64,000 nucleotides of DNA from Rhodosorus marinus CCMP1338 (Eukaryota; Plantae; Rhodophyta), in the NCBI GenBank assembly GCA_029953675.1, contig JAMWBK010000001.1, positions 2,976,001 through 3,040,000 on the forward strand, in the 5' to 3' direction. The translations under genes were made by a program, and so were the position numbers. Position 1 is the stretch's first letter; every line of letters starts with the position of its first letter. Of this stretch, positions 37,327-49,699 are shown one piece after another. The notes beneath the pieces are model-generated. The model did no database searches. It saw nothing but the letters and a program-made list of their open reading frames with translations, and was not told the origin of the DNA.

Positions 37327-38998
37327 CTACAATTCTCTCTGTCCTACGGAGTCGTCGTGTATAGGAAAGGCCAGCGCGGTGTCCCAGTAGTGCTCCACCC
37401 TTCGAATCCTGAACACCTTCCTGGCGTCTTCCTGTACTGGGATCGGGGTGGCCATGAATCTCTTAAACGCCTGACGCGGGATTTGACCCTCCCAGACGAG
37501 CACGCAACGATTCTCCTGCACCGGATCTAGCCTGCTTCCGTTCTCTTTCCCGCCTTCGGCGGCTTCTTCTTCTTGATCAAGATCAGCTGTAATTGACCAG
37601 TCGATCCTCCTGAGCATGAGCTTCTTGAACTTGTTGAGCCCCTTGGACCCGCCCTCAGCAACTACAATATTGCAAGAATCGTTGTAGATTGCACATCCGG
37701 TGAGACTGTTCTGCTCCGCATTGATGTTAATTTTAAACCGATGCTGCGGATGTCTCAGGTCGCGGATCCTGAAAACACACGCTTGAAGCCCAGAGGACTT
37801 ATCCTTTTCAACCTGATGAGACATTGAATAAACAGTTGTCAGAGGGGTGACTTTGGTGTAGGCAAAGAGCCATCGCCCGTTGTAGACTTCTGCCTCTCCT
37901 GGGGCCCATCAGTCTGGATTTTTAAGCTTTCCTCCTTACCTTTTCAACTTGCCTCGCTGCTCTTTCGTCCTTGCTGGGCTTTCTTGCTTCGTTTCTAGCC
38001 TCATGAGCGTCTTGTCTCTCCCGGACTTGTTTCCTTATCGTGGCCTCAACTTTGGTGGGGTCCTGACTTGCCTGGGTGGCAAGAACGCGCATCATATTGC
38101 TGAGCTTCACTTTCGGAGGTGGTGGAGGGATCAGTCCCATCTGGACCTGCTGTTGCCTGTCCTTTTCCTTTTCCATTCGCTTCTGGTGCCGTAGCTTCTT
38201 CCGCTCCCGTTTGGTTAGGAGGAGCGGAATAGCTGGCGGTGGTTCCTCGTTTGGAATTCGGGTCGGGATGGGGTGGTGTACAAAGGTAGTTACGCGATCT
38301 AGTCTTAAGTTTCCGACGTCCTCGAGATCATCGTAAATGCCGTTTTTGAGGAACGGGACGTCCCACCATTCGACTGCTGGTATTTCCTCCGACTGTTCGC
38401 TCTTGAGAAGTAGTGCTTGTGGCGTCTTCGCGGAATTCTTTTCCTTTTGTCTGAGCTCGTCCTGAAGGCGATCCAACTCCGCTTTTTCACGAAGTTTCTC
38501 ACCCTTTTCAACGTACGTTCCAGGCTCCACGAACTTGAACGATCGCTTGCTCCGCGACGACACAGATATACCCAGCCTCGGATCAAAGTACTCGTTCTTC
38601 GTCGGATCAGTCTCAAGCAAATCAGCCTTCTCGACCTTCAAGGTCTTCTTCAGCTTCTCCTCTCTAGCTCTGTTCTGATTAACCGTTAACGAAGCAACAG
38701 GCTTCACCGGAATGGACGTAATATCCACCTGCGTGGGGGCTTTCAGCTGCGAGCTCTGCGGCACCTTACCCAGCGCCATTCCCAACCTCGCGGACAACAC
38801 CGCCAACCGATCTCCAGTGGACAAACTCGACCCCTGCTTCTCAGTCGATGGCCGTAGCTTCTCATTTACCTTCTTCAACCCTTCCATCGCTTGGGCAGAC
38901 GCATCAACCCCGCCGCCCTCAACTGGCGCATCAGAAAACCTAGTCCTTCTCCTCTTCCTCACCGGAGCATCCCCTCCACCCCCACTCCCTGCTTCCAT
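37327..38998 (-). CDS. PRP3: U4/U6 snRNP protein Prp3
   Basis: YFDPRL, FKFVEPG, IPAVEWWD, VHHP, LTKRERKKLR, PPPKVKLSNMMRVL, DPTKVE, HEARN; C-terminal exon HRFKININAEQNSLTG...EGGSKGLNKFKKLMLRRIDW. Confidence 0.95.
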
Positions 38999-39567
38999 TT
39001 TTACTCGACGATTAAATTCTCTCCTTCGAAAATGATAGAAAAGCAACTTCTTCAGTTCTAAATCTCCAGTTCATCCAGTTCTACTCCAACCTTCCCTTCC
39101 CGATCTACATCCTCCCTCCCGACCCACCGCCTTTCCCTCTCTAAGCAGCTCACAGGACTTGATCTCTCCCTGCCGTTCCAAATGGAAATTGGATGGTTTC
39201 AACAGGTCTATATATCAGAGGGTAGCGAGAGAGAATCTATGGACAGGATCTGTATTGAGTATTGCGGCGTACGACAGCTCTCCAAGACCAGCATCAATCA
39301 CAACAAGCCGGTTCCCCCGTCGCAGAGTCTCGGGCAGAGGCAAGCTGCTTTCGACCGATCTACTTCTTGAGAGAGTGCGGGGTGGAAAGAACATATGGCC
39401 AGGTTTTCTTGGAAATCGTAACGAACCCTTATTGTCCAGATTAGCACCGATGATAACCAGGGTGTTAACATCATGGCGGGCCCGAAAGGGCCCACGCTCT
39501 AGCTTTCCCCCGCCTTGAAGTGGTTGCAACCGCTTTGGAGATATGGATGACGAGGAAGCGGTCGGGG

Positions 39568-39630
39568 GAGGGAAGTGATGGTGTATGAGGGAAGTGATGG
39601 TGTATGAGGGAAGGGATGGTGTGTGAGGGA
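39568..39630. repeat. 19-nt tandem repeat, ~3.3 copies
   Basis: GAGGGAAGTGATGGTGTAT x2, then GAGGGAAGGGATGGTGTGT and a partial unit. Confidence 0.85.
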
Positions 39631-40559
39631 ATTGGTTTAGTATATGGATGTGTAGTTTGAGAATGGGTTGTTTTGGACGATTTAATTCTGCGATGAAGAC
39701 TTTGAGAGGTTTGAGCAGGAAGACGAGTATGTACTTGACCTGGTTTTTGCTTTTTCTTCTCGGATTCGTGGGTTGCTGACGAATGTATGGTGCTTAGCTC
39801 TTACCCAGCGTTCCAAAAGTGAATATGGGGATGCTCGTTTGGATGGTGCCGTTCAGCGCTCGGGGAGTTTGAGTGATGATATGCAGTCCGAAAGGGTTGG
39901 TCGGTACGCCATGAGCCTGAATATCAATCGTGAAAGGCCTCCAGATCCTCCTTTTCCATCATCAGTTCAGTCAACGGGTAGGAACCGAAAAGAGTCTGCA
40001 GCTAAGCGTGTATATCGTAGCAGGCAATCAATGGAAGAGTACCAAAGCAAAGTTAGTGCGCGGAGAGCATTTGCCAGGAGGATGAGTCGGGAGCTGCTGC
40101 ACTCTGAAGGTCCAATAGGTTTCAAGTGCTTGCCTGCCCGGTGTACTCCAAAATGGGCTTATTAAGCATACCGTGACAAGGAGAGCATCAAACACTAGAA
40201 CGTACGGTTTCAAAGTCCATTGCTCTCACTGCCGAGAATCGGACGAGCCGTATGTGCAAGAAAACTGAAACCGTCGATGCACAGGACAAGCCTAGTTGCC
40301 ACTTAGTGAACTTCGGCACTCTTGTTTGGCAGCTGCGTAGCCCGTCGCTGAGCCAAGAAAGTCTCTTTCAAAAGCAAATTAATACTAGTCGAAACAACCA
40401 CCGCCATTGCCAACAGCCCGGGGGCAAGAATTTTCCATAGAGCAACGGATCGTTTCCATTCCTAAGCTGCTCTGTCTGACAAGCGGACGAGCCTTGTCAA
40501 ACCGGGTGGAGTTGGACAAGACGTTCACTAGAACAAAACAGATGCTTTGGAGGGAATGA

Positions 40560-41740
40560 CCGGCACCTCTACATCAGGATCGTGTCGAACCCTTGGCTGA
40601 CCCGAAAGTACTCAGTGGGGTCGTCTAAAGCTGCCTCCTGTAGCCGTGAGAAGGTCAGCTTCGTTCACGAAGAACTCTACAAAGTTCGCGAAAACGGCCG
40701 CGCTCGAAATGATTTGATAACAGCACATGTGGTGTGCCCATAGCGTACCATTCTTGCTCAGCCTGGATCTCAGTTTCGAGGCTAAAGCAAAAGAATCCAC
40801 TCTAAACTTGGTTGTATCTGTTTTATCCGTTTTGGAAGATTGAAGTATCTTGCTGCGGGCATCCCTTGCTGACAAAGAAGAGCTCAAGCTTCCTTGGTCG
40901 GAGGCCGTTCTTCTGATCCGTCTTCGTTTGGAAGAAGCCGGCTGACCGAGGTCACCGTATTTCCGGTCTGGAAGCCGGAAAGATTTGACTTCAACGAAAA
41001 GAACTCTTAGGAATGGGTTAGAAGTCCGGACCAATTTCAGTTACTCAGACGGGTGCAGAAGTTGTGGAGCGTGGTCTCGTTGTCTGAGCTTCAGATCTTT
41101 CGGAAGCATCAAAAGCTAGGGAATGGTTCCAAAATCGCGACATTCCGCTTCCGTTCTTGCATGGGCTGCTTGAATCATTGATCCAACACCTCGATCTTGC
41201 AATTGTGGAGCGCAGAAGTCGCCCACGGAAAACCGTCTGCTCTCCTACTGGGTAGTTTGCTTTGTGACGGAATTTGATTTCGATTTCTAGAGGAGCTATT
41301 AATGGCATCTCTTATGCGACTATGCCAATTTTGAGCAGCGACGGTGGGGGCAACTATTCCGGAAACAGCTCTGAAAGGTGACAATGTTTGCTAGGACCTT
41401 TGGAATGGGACAGTCTAAGCAACGCTAACGAGGGGCTATTCTCAGGTCCTCGCCCGCGCAAGTCTGCGAGAAAGGACGATCGTCCTCGCCACCGAGTAAA
41501 CCGGCACCAAACACGAAAAATGTACAAAGGCGGGAAACCCCTCACTTTGAATTTGAACCCTAATCGACCGCAACTACGATTTCAAACTCCATCCAGGGCC
41601 CCTGCTGCCTAAACTAGAAACACTCTTCCTCGTATTACCACGCTGCGATCCTCAGAGTTCACCGAGGATGCCGCCTTCACGCATTCTCTCCTACTCACAG
41701 CTTGGGATATGAATCTCACGACATCCGGACGTTTTCATGA
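40560..41740 (-). CDS. Hypothetical multi-exon protein
   Basis: ORFs 41175..41384 and 40612..41034 join through GT-AG introns via a short exon (LHNCKIE|LLMLPKDLKLRQ...HPSE|VLFVEVK). Start and end uncertain; no domain recognised. Confidence 0.35.
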
Positions 41741-42517
41741 CGATTGTACTAAGAAAATAAACGATATAGGTTAGGTGATGACGAAGCATTCCTTTCGGTC
41801 GCTGAGACCCGCTGAGAACCGGTGTGTCAACATCATGGCGGGCCCTCTCGCACCCGAAAGAGCCTGCGCTCTGGTTATCCCCCGTATCAAAGTGGATGTA
41901 ACCGCTTGGTCAATGAAACAGTACAACTTTTGTTCCAAACAGGAACGCCAACAGAACAGATCGGTTTAGTTGGAAGCTAAGTCTGCCACGGTCACATGTA
42001 GTAGTAAACGGACGCGGTTGGAATAACTTTCAACTTTGAAACAGTCGGTCCTCGGCAGAGTCTCATTGCGGAGACTTTGCGGGGAACACAAAGACCAAGA
42101 GAGGATTCCGCCGAGAATGACAACACCAGATACAAAAAAAAGAAAAAATCGCTCGGGATTGAGAGAGCTCGTTCATTGACTGACTATCAGTCAATATAAT
42201 TGATATTGACTGAGATTATTTCTTCGAGTCATTGTAATTCCGACTCTTTGGGTGCCAAAGAGCACCCTCTATCTGCCAGTTCTGAATCGAGTGAATTGGT
42301 AAAAGCAAACTGAAAATAGGTCCAGCACGAGCAAAAACAGAGGTATTCATTCCGGCTTTTTTTTCGTTAAGGGGATAGCAATGCTTTATTTTCGGAAGAG
42401 ATGCCTATGTTTGGAATCGATGGAGACAAAGCTATAGTTACCACGTTATGGGTTCGTTTGCTGCACTATTTATTCAGAAGCCCGCCTGTGTAGTGTTGGA
42501 GGGTGTATTAGCTCTCA

Positions 42518-43240
42518 GTGGCTCATGACCGTCCCTGCTTTTCCGCCGCTCACACACACCGATTTCGAAGTGCGCATTTCTCTGCGCTTATACCTCGGCT
42601 TGCATCAGCCGCCCTGGACTTCCGGGATGGGTTCGCCGTGCCCTCCATGCTCTCAGAACGAAGATACCGCGGATTTTGGCGCCCACCTGCTCGCCAGCTG
42701 CCCCGCTGTGAAAGGCGCCCAAAACCGACGACTTACGCGGATCTTGAACCTGTTATACCGCGAATTTCGACCTATCGTACGGCAAGCTAGTCTTGAAATT
42801 GAACGTGAGAAGCCCCTGCCTGTCGCGGACTACCAGAATGATGAACGCCGCGTGGCTGACCTCACGCGGTCGTGGTCACCTGTGACGATAGCCGCCGTAC
42901 AACGTACGTTGATCTTGCTGTTCCTAATCCTCAGGCTTTGCGCTATTTGCCCGCTGCGGGAGAGCGCCGTGGATTTGCCGCTGCCAGTATGAGACGTCGC
43001 AAAGAGGTGAAATATGCGGGGGCTTTGTCTTCCCCAGGCATTCGTGCTTCGGCTCTAGCTCATCGCCTGGTACGTCTGGTCATCGAGTGCTTTGGGTTTA
43101 TGGATTCCGTTGGTTCTCGTTGGCTTCGGGAATTGTTCCCCGAACGCCTTGACCGTCTGTACTCGTTGTTTACCCGTTTAAGTTCTTGCTGTGACGCATG
43201 AACGCTGCTTTGATGCTGGAGGCGCGCGATCTTCGCTGCG
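42518..43240 (+). mobile_element. 5'-truncated, decayed CRE-like non-LTR retrotransposon, divergent subfamily (copy A)
   Basis: SLRLYLGL, CCHC knuckle CPPC...HLLASC, RRVADL...TYVDLAVPNP and RRKEVKY are homologous to the C-terminus of the 52.4-55.6 kb element; frameshifted. Confidence 0.85.
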
Positions 43241-43823
43241 TTTAGTCCTTTTTTTTTATGTCGGGGCTTTTTTCTTTCAGCCTCCGATTAATCAAATTCA
43301 CTCATTTACTCTCAAGATAGAAGCTGGTGAGCTTCGAGACCACTGGCGGTCTATTTTGCATCTGGACAAACTTAAATTGGGACTGACTGTTGGACTTTTA
43401 CAACGGAGACGATCCGGTCGGAAGGGACAAAAAGTTGACTGAGGCTCTAAGAACGCACAAGTACTTGATTTGACATAGTTTGCACAAAGAAAACTTGAAA
43501 TGTGCGAGAATTTTGGAATACTGGATGGTCTTAGGCACGCCTCCAGATGCAAAAAAAACAAACTTCTTTGAATTGGAGTTTACGTAGGTTGCGCCCTCTT
43601 GTTTGGAATGCCCGTGGTGGTATACTTACTTGTGGTTTTGATAACATAGCCTTAAGCGATGCAGGTTGCAATAAAAGCTAGGAACGAAGAACAAAAGCCT
43701 GCAAGCCAAGCCGGCGGTAGTGAGCCTCGGCTAGCATGTTGCTAGAATATCGCCATAAGGCGACGCGGAACCGGCGGAGGTGGACGATATACTTACTCAC
43801 CTTAAATATTGCCTGGTATCACC

Positions 43824-43944
43824 CCAAGCACCGTCGAGGACCTCCATCAATATCAGAAACAAACCAAATATATTGCATTGTTCAGTATACTCCCAAATAT
43901 TTGGTTTGCTGCTGATATTGGTGGAGGTCCTCGACGGTGCTTGG
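43824..43944. repeat. Long inverted repeat (48-nt arms, 25-nt loop)
   Basis: Arms 43824-43871 and 43897-43944 match at 45/48 positions by manual comparison. Confidence 0.95.
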
Positions 43945-44414
43945 AGCCTTATCATATTCCTCGTTTCGCGGAATGTTGAAGTATGGACTCACTTTGCTGG
44001 TCCTTCTAGTGTTGAAACTCAGTGGATCAACGATTACAAACTGGTACAAGCTAGTGCAACCACCACCACCACTAAGAAATATGCTTTCCAACCTTCACGA
44101 ACCTCTGTCTCACGCATTTGTACAGCTTTTGAAGTGGCCTTAGTTCCAAAAAGGGATTAATGATCTGGGGTTGGCATTCCACGTGAAAGGAGTCGCCCTT
44201 CTAGCCCAGAACTCTTCTGCCAAAGCTGGCCTCGATCTGTATCCATGATTCCTGAGCATATATTAGAAAAGAGCGAACGAGTTTCTACTAGGATCAAGGG
44301 AACTGTAAGCTAATTGGAAGAAATAAGGTTAGCTATGCAATTACCAAGCAACTATACAGCAACTAATGGGCGACCACAGGAAACCCTCATAAACGCGAAA
44401 TTTCGATTGAATAG

Positions 44415-44674
44415 TTACAGATTCGAGCATTTCATTGTGGAAACCTTTGGGCATCTGGAAAAGTCAAGCTTGGAGTGGCTACGTAAGTGTTTTACCGAAC
44501 ATCCTGAAGAATATCTAGTGCTCCTCCGCAGTTTAAGTATCGCACTCTGGCGGTATTCTAGCAACATGCTCACCGAGGCGCGCCACCGTCGCCTGGGCTT
44601 ACATCCTCTTCTTCCTAGGCACTAGTTTCCTTTGTAGGTTTTGCGTAGCGCATCAGGCTATGTCAGTAAAACCA
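44415..44674 (+). mobile_element. 3' fragment of CRE-like element (copy B)
   Basis: FIVETFGHLEKSSLEWLRKCFTEHPEEYL...EARHRRLGLH* and 3' end GCGTAGCGCATCAGGCTATGTCAGTAAAACCA. Confidence 0.9.
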
Positions 44675-46499
44675 CCAAAAATGGTTGACTTTTTCTCACC
44701 AAATCGAGTGCGAACGATCACCCCGAGGTCCATTGGTCCTCATGCTTCTTCTTAAAAAGATCTTCATGTTGTCGATGATGTTGCCCTCGGACCGCCTTCC
44801 CGGTTCGAGCGCAATGCATAAAGACACGTGGTAAAAAATCATTCGAAGGGATGTATGTTCTCCAATTGAGTGCCGCCCATGCCAAGTTCTCAGCGGTTCG
44901 CTCCCACGCCACGAAAAACTCGTCAACCTAAGAAAAAAGAAGCAGAAGAAAAAAATAGCCATCAGAAATCGTAGCAATCAGAAAATTTCAATTTTGCGAA
45001 TCAAATCCAGGATGAGGTGAAAGTCGTTTATTCGAAAAGGTCGGTTAGTTCTGCAGGCGGCACTGGTTAACGCATGGCCGTGTCTAAAGGTGCAAATTCT
45101 GGTTTCCGCTAGCGGGCCTATGAAATGTGCACCCTTTGCAACCTGAAACTGTTTGAGACGTTCTGAAGTATTGCATGACAGTAAGGTAACGTGGGGGTGC
45201 TCTCAGAATTTCATATAAATCGAAATTATTTTAGTGCTCCCAGCGGACACTGTCTGGCAAGTCTCATAGCTCCGCCTATGAGACGTGACAGAAGAATTTT
45301 TATCCAATATGGAAAGTGGGTGGGAGCTCTCAAAATTTCATGTAAAATAGAAATGATTTTAAGACTCTCGCGTGCACTGTAATACATTGAAACCAATCCG
45401 CGCCCGAAAATGTGTTGATTAATGAATAAAAGAAATAGAAATTTACGGGATCAAAAATGGTTTGATGGCAGTTTCTATTTATAGGCCTGGACCCACTTGT
45501 TTTAAACATAATTTAGGTTTTTTAAGTTGCGGGGCCGAGCCGCAACTCGGACCGGAGTGTGTTTTTTACCCTTTTGTGTATGTCGCCCGGGTGGGGGGGA
45601 TGCGATCACTAGCAACTGTGCGTATGGCAGTGGGCTGTTCCATTGCGGACGGTGAGGATCCTTTGAATATATGTTATCCTAGCCGGTGGGCTCGTGATGA
45701 CAATGACCCGTTGACCGTGTTAGGGTCATTCTGTCAATGTCACCACCTAACGCGGGTATGTTGGCGAAACTACCGTATTTGGGGCTCAATTAAACACCCG
45801 CCGTCTATACCCTGTTGAGGCGCTTGCTAGCCTCAGCAATGGATGTTTCTGTTAGGGAACGAAGGTACACCTGCTGTGTTTTTGGCGGTACTATTTATGG
45901 TATCCTCTTATCACAGGCAGAAAGACGCAATTTCGTAGCACTTTGGACGTCTCGTTGGTGTTCTCTATTTGGAGCCTGGATCCTGCATCAAGAGAAACTG
46001 TCACGGCGGGGCTAAAAATTGTCTCTCAGTAATATATTCTCAGGTTCCCTCCAGTCCCCTGTGGTGGTTTTCTCCTTTTTGCTGCCTTATTTCTTGCTTT
46101 TGCTCTCAGTCGCATTCCTATGACCTCTTTTTGGGATGTAGTTATTTGGTACCGTGCAGATTAAGTAGGCCGATTGATTTGCGTACGGTGAGTGTCCCTC
46201 AGGTAAATGGTACCATACTGGAGTGGTGAGGATCCCCTGACCATATTTGGTACTCCTGTAAACCTCAGTTTTCTATTTTTGACTGCTTTAAAACATGTAT
46301 ACACCTTGACTTTAGAGAAGCTCGACAGCGCCCCAAGCTGGTAAGGTCACTCTTCAGGCGTTCGGGAGGGCTAAAGCGCGGGGAGCCCAATTCAGCCGAC
46401 GTATGGTCTCAGGTTTTTTGCTCGAATTTCACTCTAAACTTCGACAGAGAAAATTCTGCCCATAGTTCCTTACAGAGTCTGTACGCTGGCAAGGATGTC

Positions 46500-46507
46500 T
46501 ATATAAA
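46500..46507 (+). promoter_or_regulatory. TATA box within a promoter block shared with the paralog at 62339-62346
   Basis: GTCTGTACGCTGGCAAGGATGTCTATATAAAGCGCCCTCGGGACCCGGGAGACGTCAGGAGGG is identical upstream of both large secreted-protein genes. Confidence 0.75.
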
Positions 46508-46568
46508 GCGCCCTCGGGACCCGGGAGACGTCAGGAGGGCCTAAGGAGATGATTATTAATTAAGTGAA

Positions 46569-49253
46569 ATGGACATGAAATTATATTCGAGAGTGAGTGT
46601 TGTTTTCATAATACTGCTCAGCGCGAGCAACGCGGTTCCTTGCGGGCGAGCCTGGGAGAGTGAGAGTCTTCCTCTAGAGCTCGTGCATAGCAGCCGACAG
46701 GTTAGCTGCAATGGTGTTGCACCTCTTCCGGAAGAGGTTCAGCTGAAGGGCATACCCGGCATTGACTCGAACTGTATCTCAGCTTCTGATGTGGTAACCT
46801 TACCTGGTAGTCTTTCGGCGATGGTGATGGACGAACTCGACGCTTCACAGCAGGCCAAGGACATCGTTGGCGGCATTCTGAATCCGCTGGAGGCTGCCGT
46901 AAAAGTAGCGCTTGAGAACCTTACGCCGAGGGCAAATGACAACATCTGCTTTGGGAACTTCGACAGCAGCGAGATACAGGGTGAATTCTCCTTGAATGGG
47001 ATTCAAATGGATACTAACAAATGCAGCAATCTACCACTAGTAGACGGGCAGGAGTGGTCCACGTTTGCTTTCGCCTTAACTGCTCCGTTTCCGGGATGTA
47101 TGACTCAATCAAACCAGACCGCAACCTTCTGTGCGGCAGTCAGCATTTGTCCACAAACGAAGCTGCCGACTGTCGCGGTAGTTCTCGGAGGAACAACCTT
47201 GGCTTGCCTCGGAGAGAACATGGTTGCGGGTGATGGCGGCATCACGTGGGCCTTGACCAAGGTAGCATCAGTGGGACTTGATGCCGTCGCGGGAGGGATC
47301 TCGTTGAGCAACGCATTGTATTCGAAGGTCAACGTGTATACTGGACATCAAGATAAGAAGTACCGCTTGATAGAATACGAAGTTCGTGGCAACTACTACG
47401 ACTCGATCATGTTTGCGCTCAAGCTTGAGAAATTCAAGGTTCCGCCTGTGCTCAGCCTGTCGGGTGCTTCTACGAGAATTGTTTCCGTTCGTGGGCTGGA
47501 GGATATTGCGTTCGAGAATACAATCAGCGCATTCAAGGGTGGGGAGGACTCGAACGGGTTCCAGGACGACATCTTGGACCTCTTCGAATCTATGTCCGGT
47601 GTTTCTATTCAGGCAGCCATGATAATGAACCTTGAATTACAGTTCAAGTTTTCGGAGGTCCCGGGCTTGAAGAAGATACTTCCAGACTCGGGGGCGATGA
47701 CCATGGGGGAGATGAACATGTTTGTGAGTACGGGGTCGGCGACCCCACCCGGTGATGAATACAAGGATCTCGTCGTTAAGCCGGGAGTCTATGCTTTCGT
47801 TGGCAGCAATGCAGTTCCGGCGATCATTAAGGGGATGTTGGAGTACCTGTTGAGCTTTGTTGGAGCTGTTCTGGACCTTTTCGCAGACTGGGTACCGTTT
47901 AAGCTTGACGCAAAGGATCTGCTTAGTGGATTCAACCCGGGAGCATCGGACCACTTCGCCTTTGGTTTCACGGCGAATGCGGACCAGACTGGGATTATGC
48001 TGAACGTGCCCTTGATTTTCGACTTTTTGGGGCACGCGACTTTTGAGTGCACGACAGACTATAAATCGCTGAGGTGCCGCGTTGATACCAACTTCAACTC
48101 CAAGTTCTTCATAGCGATAGCGGAAACGATTGCAGAGGGAGTCTTGTGGGTTATCAAAGAGGCGGATGAGTTCTTCACTAATATTGGAAACGTTATTGGT
48201 GCCGCGCTCGAGGATGCTGTGGATAGTGTTGTCAGCGTGTTCTCTGAGGCGAACATGAAGAAGACTGCGAAAATGATAGAGAAAGGACTGGTCAGTGTTG
48301 GGTCCGACATTAAGGATGAACTTGAGGACTGGGCTCGATGGGCGGAAACCGTCTTCGATGATTTCGGAGACATACTCGGAGACTTGACAGCCGACGCGAT
48401 TCACGAGATAGCCAAGTTTGGCAAGAGCTTTGTTGACGAAGCGAAGGAATTCTTTGAGAATATTGGGAAAGAACTGGAGAACGCCGCCAAGTTTCTGGGA
48501 GATCAGTTCAAATGCGGCTCCAACAATCTTATTACTAGCATCACGAAATGCCCGACGTGCTGTGAACCAATGAGTGCCATCGCGGAGTTCCTTAAGAACG
48601 CCGGCGGCGACATCGCAAGTGCGTTTGAAAGCGTTCTAAGGACCCTTGCCTCGGTCGCTTCAGATGCCGCCTCGTCGTTCTGGGGGGAAAAGGCGAGCTA
48701 TGAGACGAGATTAAAGCTTCCTCATCAGTTCGATCAATACCAGTGCCCGGTCTTGGACTTGTACAGAGTTGAGAAGAAGTACTTCCTGGGAATAGTGACC
48801 TCCGTGACTAGAAGGTACCGTGGATCTCTGTCGGATGAGAACTGCGTGAAACAAACCTTGGAAAAAGCCAAGGAAGTTGTTGAAGATTATGATGAGTACG
48901 AGAAGGCGGAGAAGGATTACGAGAACGTGGTGGAGGAGCATCGGGATGCCCTCTTTGCGGCAGGGCTTTCTGCGGAGGACCTGTATGAACAGGGCTCCTT
49001 AACGTGTTCAAGGGATCTAGGACGGGATAAAATCGTTACAGGATCCAAATGGCTTCCGGTGACCATCACCTGCTCAGCAAAACAGATCGGAAAGGACGGA
49101 GCGTTCACTGGAACGATCATTACCGGTGCATTAACGAAGGATTTGGACGTGACGGACACGATCAACCGCGGACGTGAAATCAAGGCCATGTGGGTTGAGA
49201 TGAAGGACCTTCTTGCAGAGAAAATGACACCAACTCTTGCTCGTAGACGTTAG
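46569..49253 (+). CDS. Large secreted protein of unknown family (paralog 1)
   Basis: Intronless 894-aa ORF with signal peptide, Cys-containing N-terminal region and a long acidic amphipathic helical tract at ~aa 515-640; conserved paralog at 62408. Confidence 0.9.
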   Translation: MDMKLYSRVSVVFIILLSASNAVPCGRAWESESLPLELVHSSRQVSCNGVAPLPEEVQLKGIPGIDSNCISASDVVTLPGSLSAMVMDELDASQQAKDIVGGILNPLEAAVKVALENLTPRANDNICFGNFDSSEIQGEFSLNGIQMDTNKCSNLPLVDGQEWSTFAFALTAPFPGCMTQSNQTATFCAAVSICPQTKLPTVAVVLGGTTLACLGENMVAGDGGITWALTKVASVGLDAVAGGISLSNALYSKVNVYTGHQDKKYRLIEYEVRGNYYDSIMFALKLEKFKVPPVLSLSGASTRIVSVRGLEDIAFENTISAFKGGEDSNGFQDDILDLFESMSGVSIQAAMIMNLELQFKFSEVPGLKKILPDSGAMTMGEMNMFVSTGSATPPGDEYKDLVVKPGVYAFVGSNAVPAIIKGMLEYLLSFVGAVLDLFADWVPFKLDAKDLLSGFNPGASDHFAFGFTANADQTGIMLNVPLIFDFLGHATFECTTDYKSLRCRVDTNFNSKFFIAIAETIAEGVLWVIKEADEFFTNIGNVIGAALEDAVDSVVSVFSEANMKKTAKMIEKGLVSVGSDIKDELEDWARWAETVFDDFGDILGDLTADAIHEIAKFGKSFVDEAKEFFENIGKELENAAKFLGDQFKCGSNNLITSITKCPTCCEPMSAIAEFLKNAGGDIASAFESVLRTLASVASDAASSFWGEKASYETRLKLPHQFDQYQCPVLDLYRVEKKYFLGIVTSVTRRYRGSLSDENCVKQTLEKAKEVVEDYDEYEKAEKDYENVVEEHRDALFAAGLSAEDLYEQGSLTCSRDLGRDKIVTGSKWLPVTITCSAKQIGKDGAFTGTIITGALTKDLDVTDTINRGREIKAMWVEMKDLLAEKMTPTLARRR

Positions 49254-49699
49254 TCGGTCTTGGACTCACTCCTATTAGAGTTACTGGATAGGGAAATCCG
49301 TCATTCTCCTTCCAGATTTGGCAGCGGCATGTAAATAGGAATTTTCCCCTCGTGTAACGTAGATATCGTGGAAGTGGAACTTGCGAACAGCTGACTGGAT
49401 TCCTTGACCGCAGGATTGTGGTTTTTTACATAGCTTATTCTTGGTCTAGAATTTCGAACTTCATCAATAAACGGTTACAGGGTTTCCCGAAGCAGCATAA
49501 GCAGATACTGTTGAGCTTCTGAACTAAAAGATGGCGGGATTGCCCTAATTCACCAGAATTTTTGGGACGCTTCTGCCAAGATCATTACAGCTCTCTGATT
49601 GCATCCGACTACTGAGAAAAAAACACACCACACGCAATACCGAAACTCCCGCATCAGGAGAATCCCCTCAAAACCTTGTGTTTGCCACTCTGACTTCCT

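Noticed and set aside
1-42000. Apparent frameshifts in RRM gene 1, the coilin-like gene, and the 8.3-10 kb and 34.8 kb genes as pseudogenisation or programmed frameshifting
   Set aside because: Most fall at homopolymer or A-rich runs and are better explained by consensus indel errors; short-read polishing would decide.
45525-45547. 8-bp inverted repeat AGTTGCGG/CCGCAACT
   Set aside because: Short enough to arise by chance in 64 kb, with no supporting context.
47637-48404. Long antisense ORFs over the secreted genes, the RT and PRP3 (e.g. 47637..48404, 63107..63874, 53001..53579, 50400..51164)
   Set aside because: Shadow ORFs on the opposite strand of supported coding sequence, with no independent motifs.
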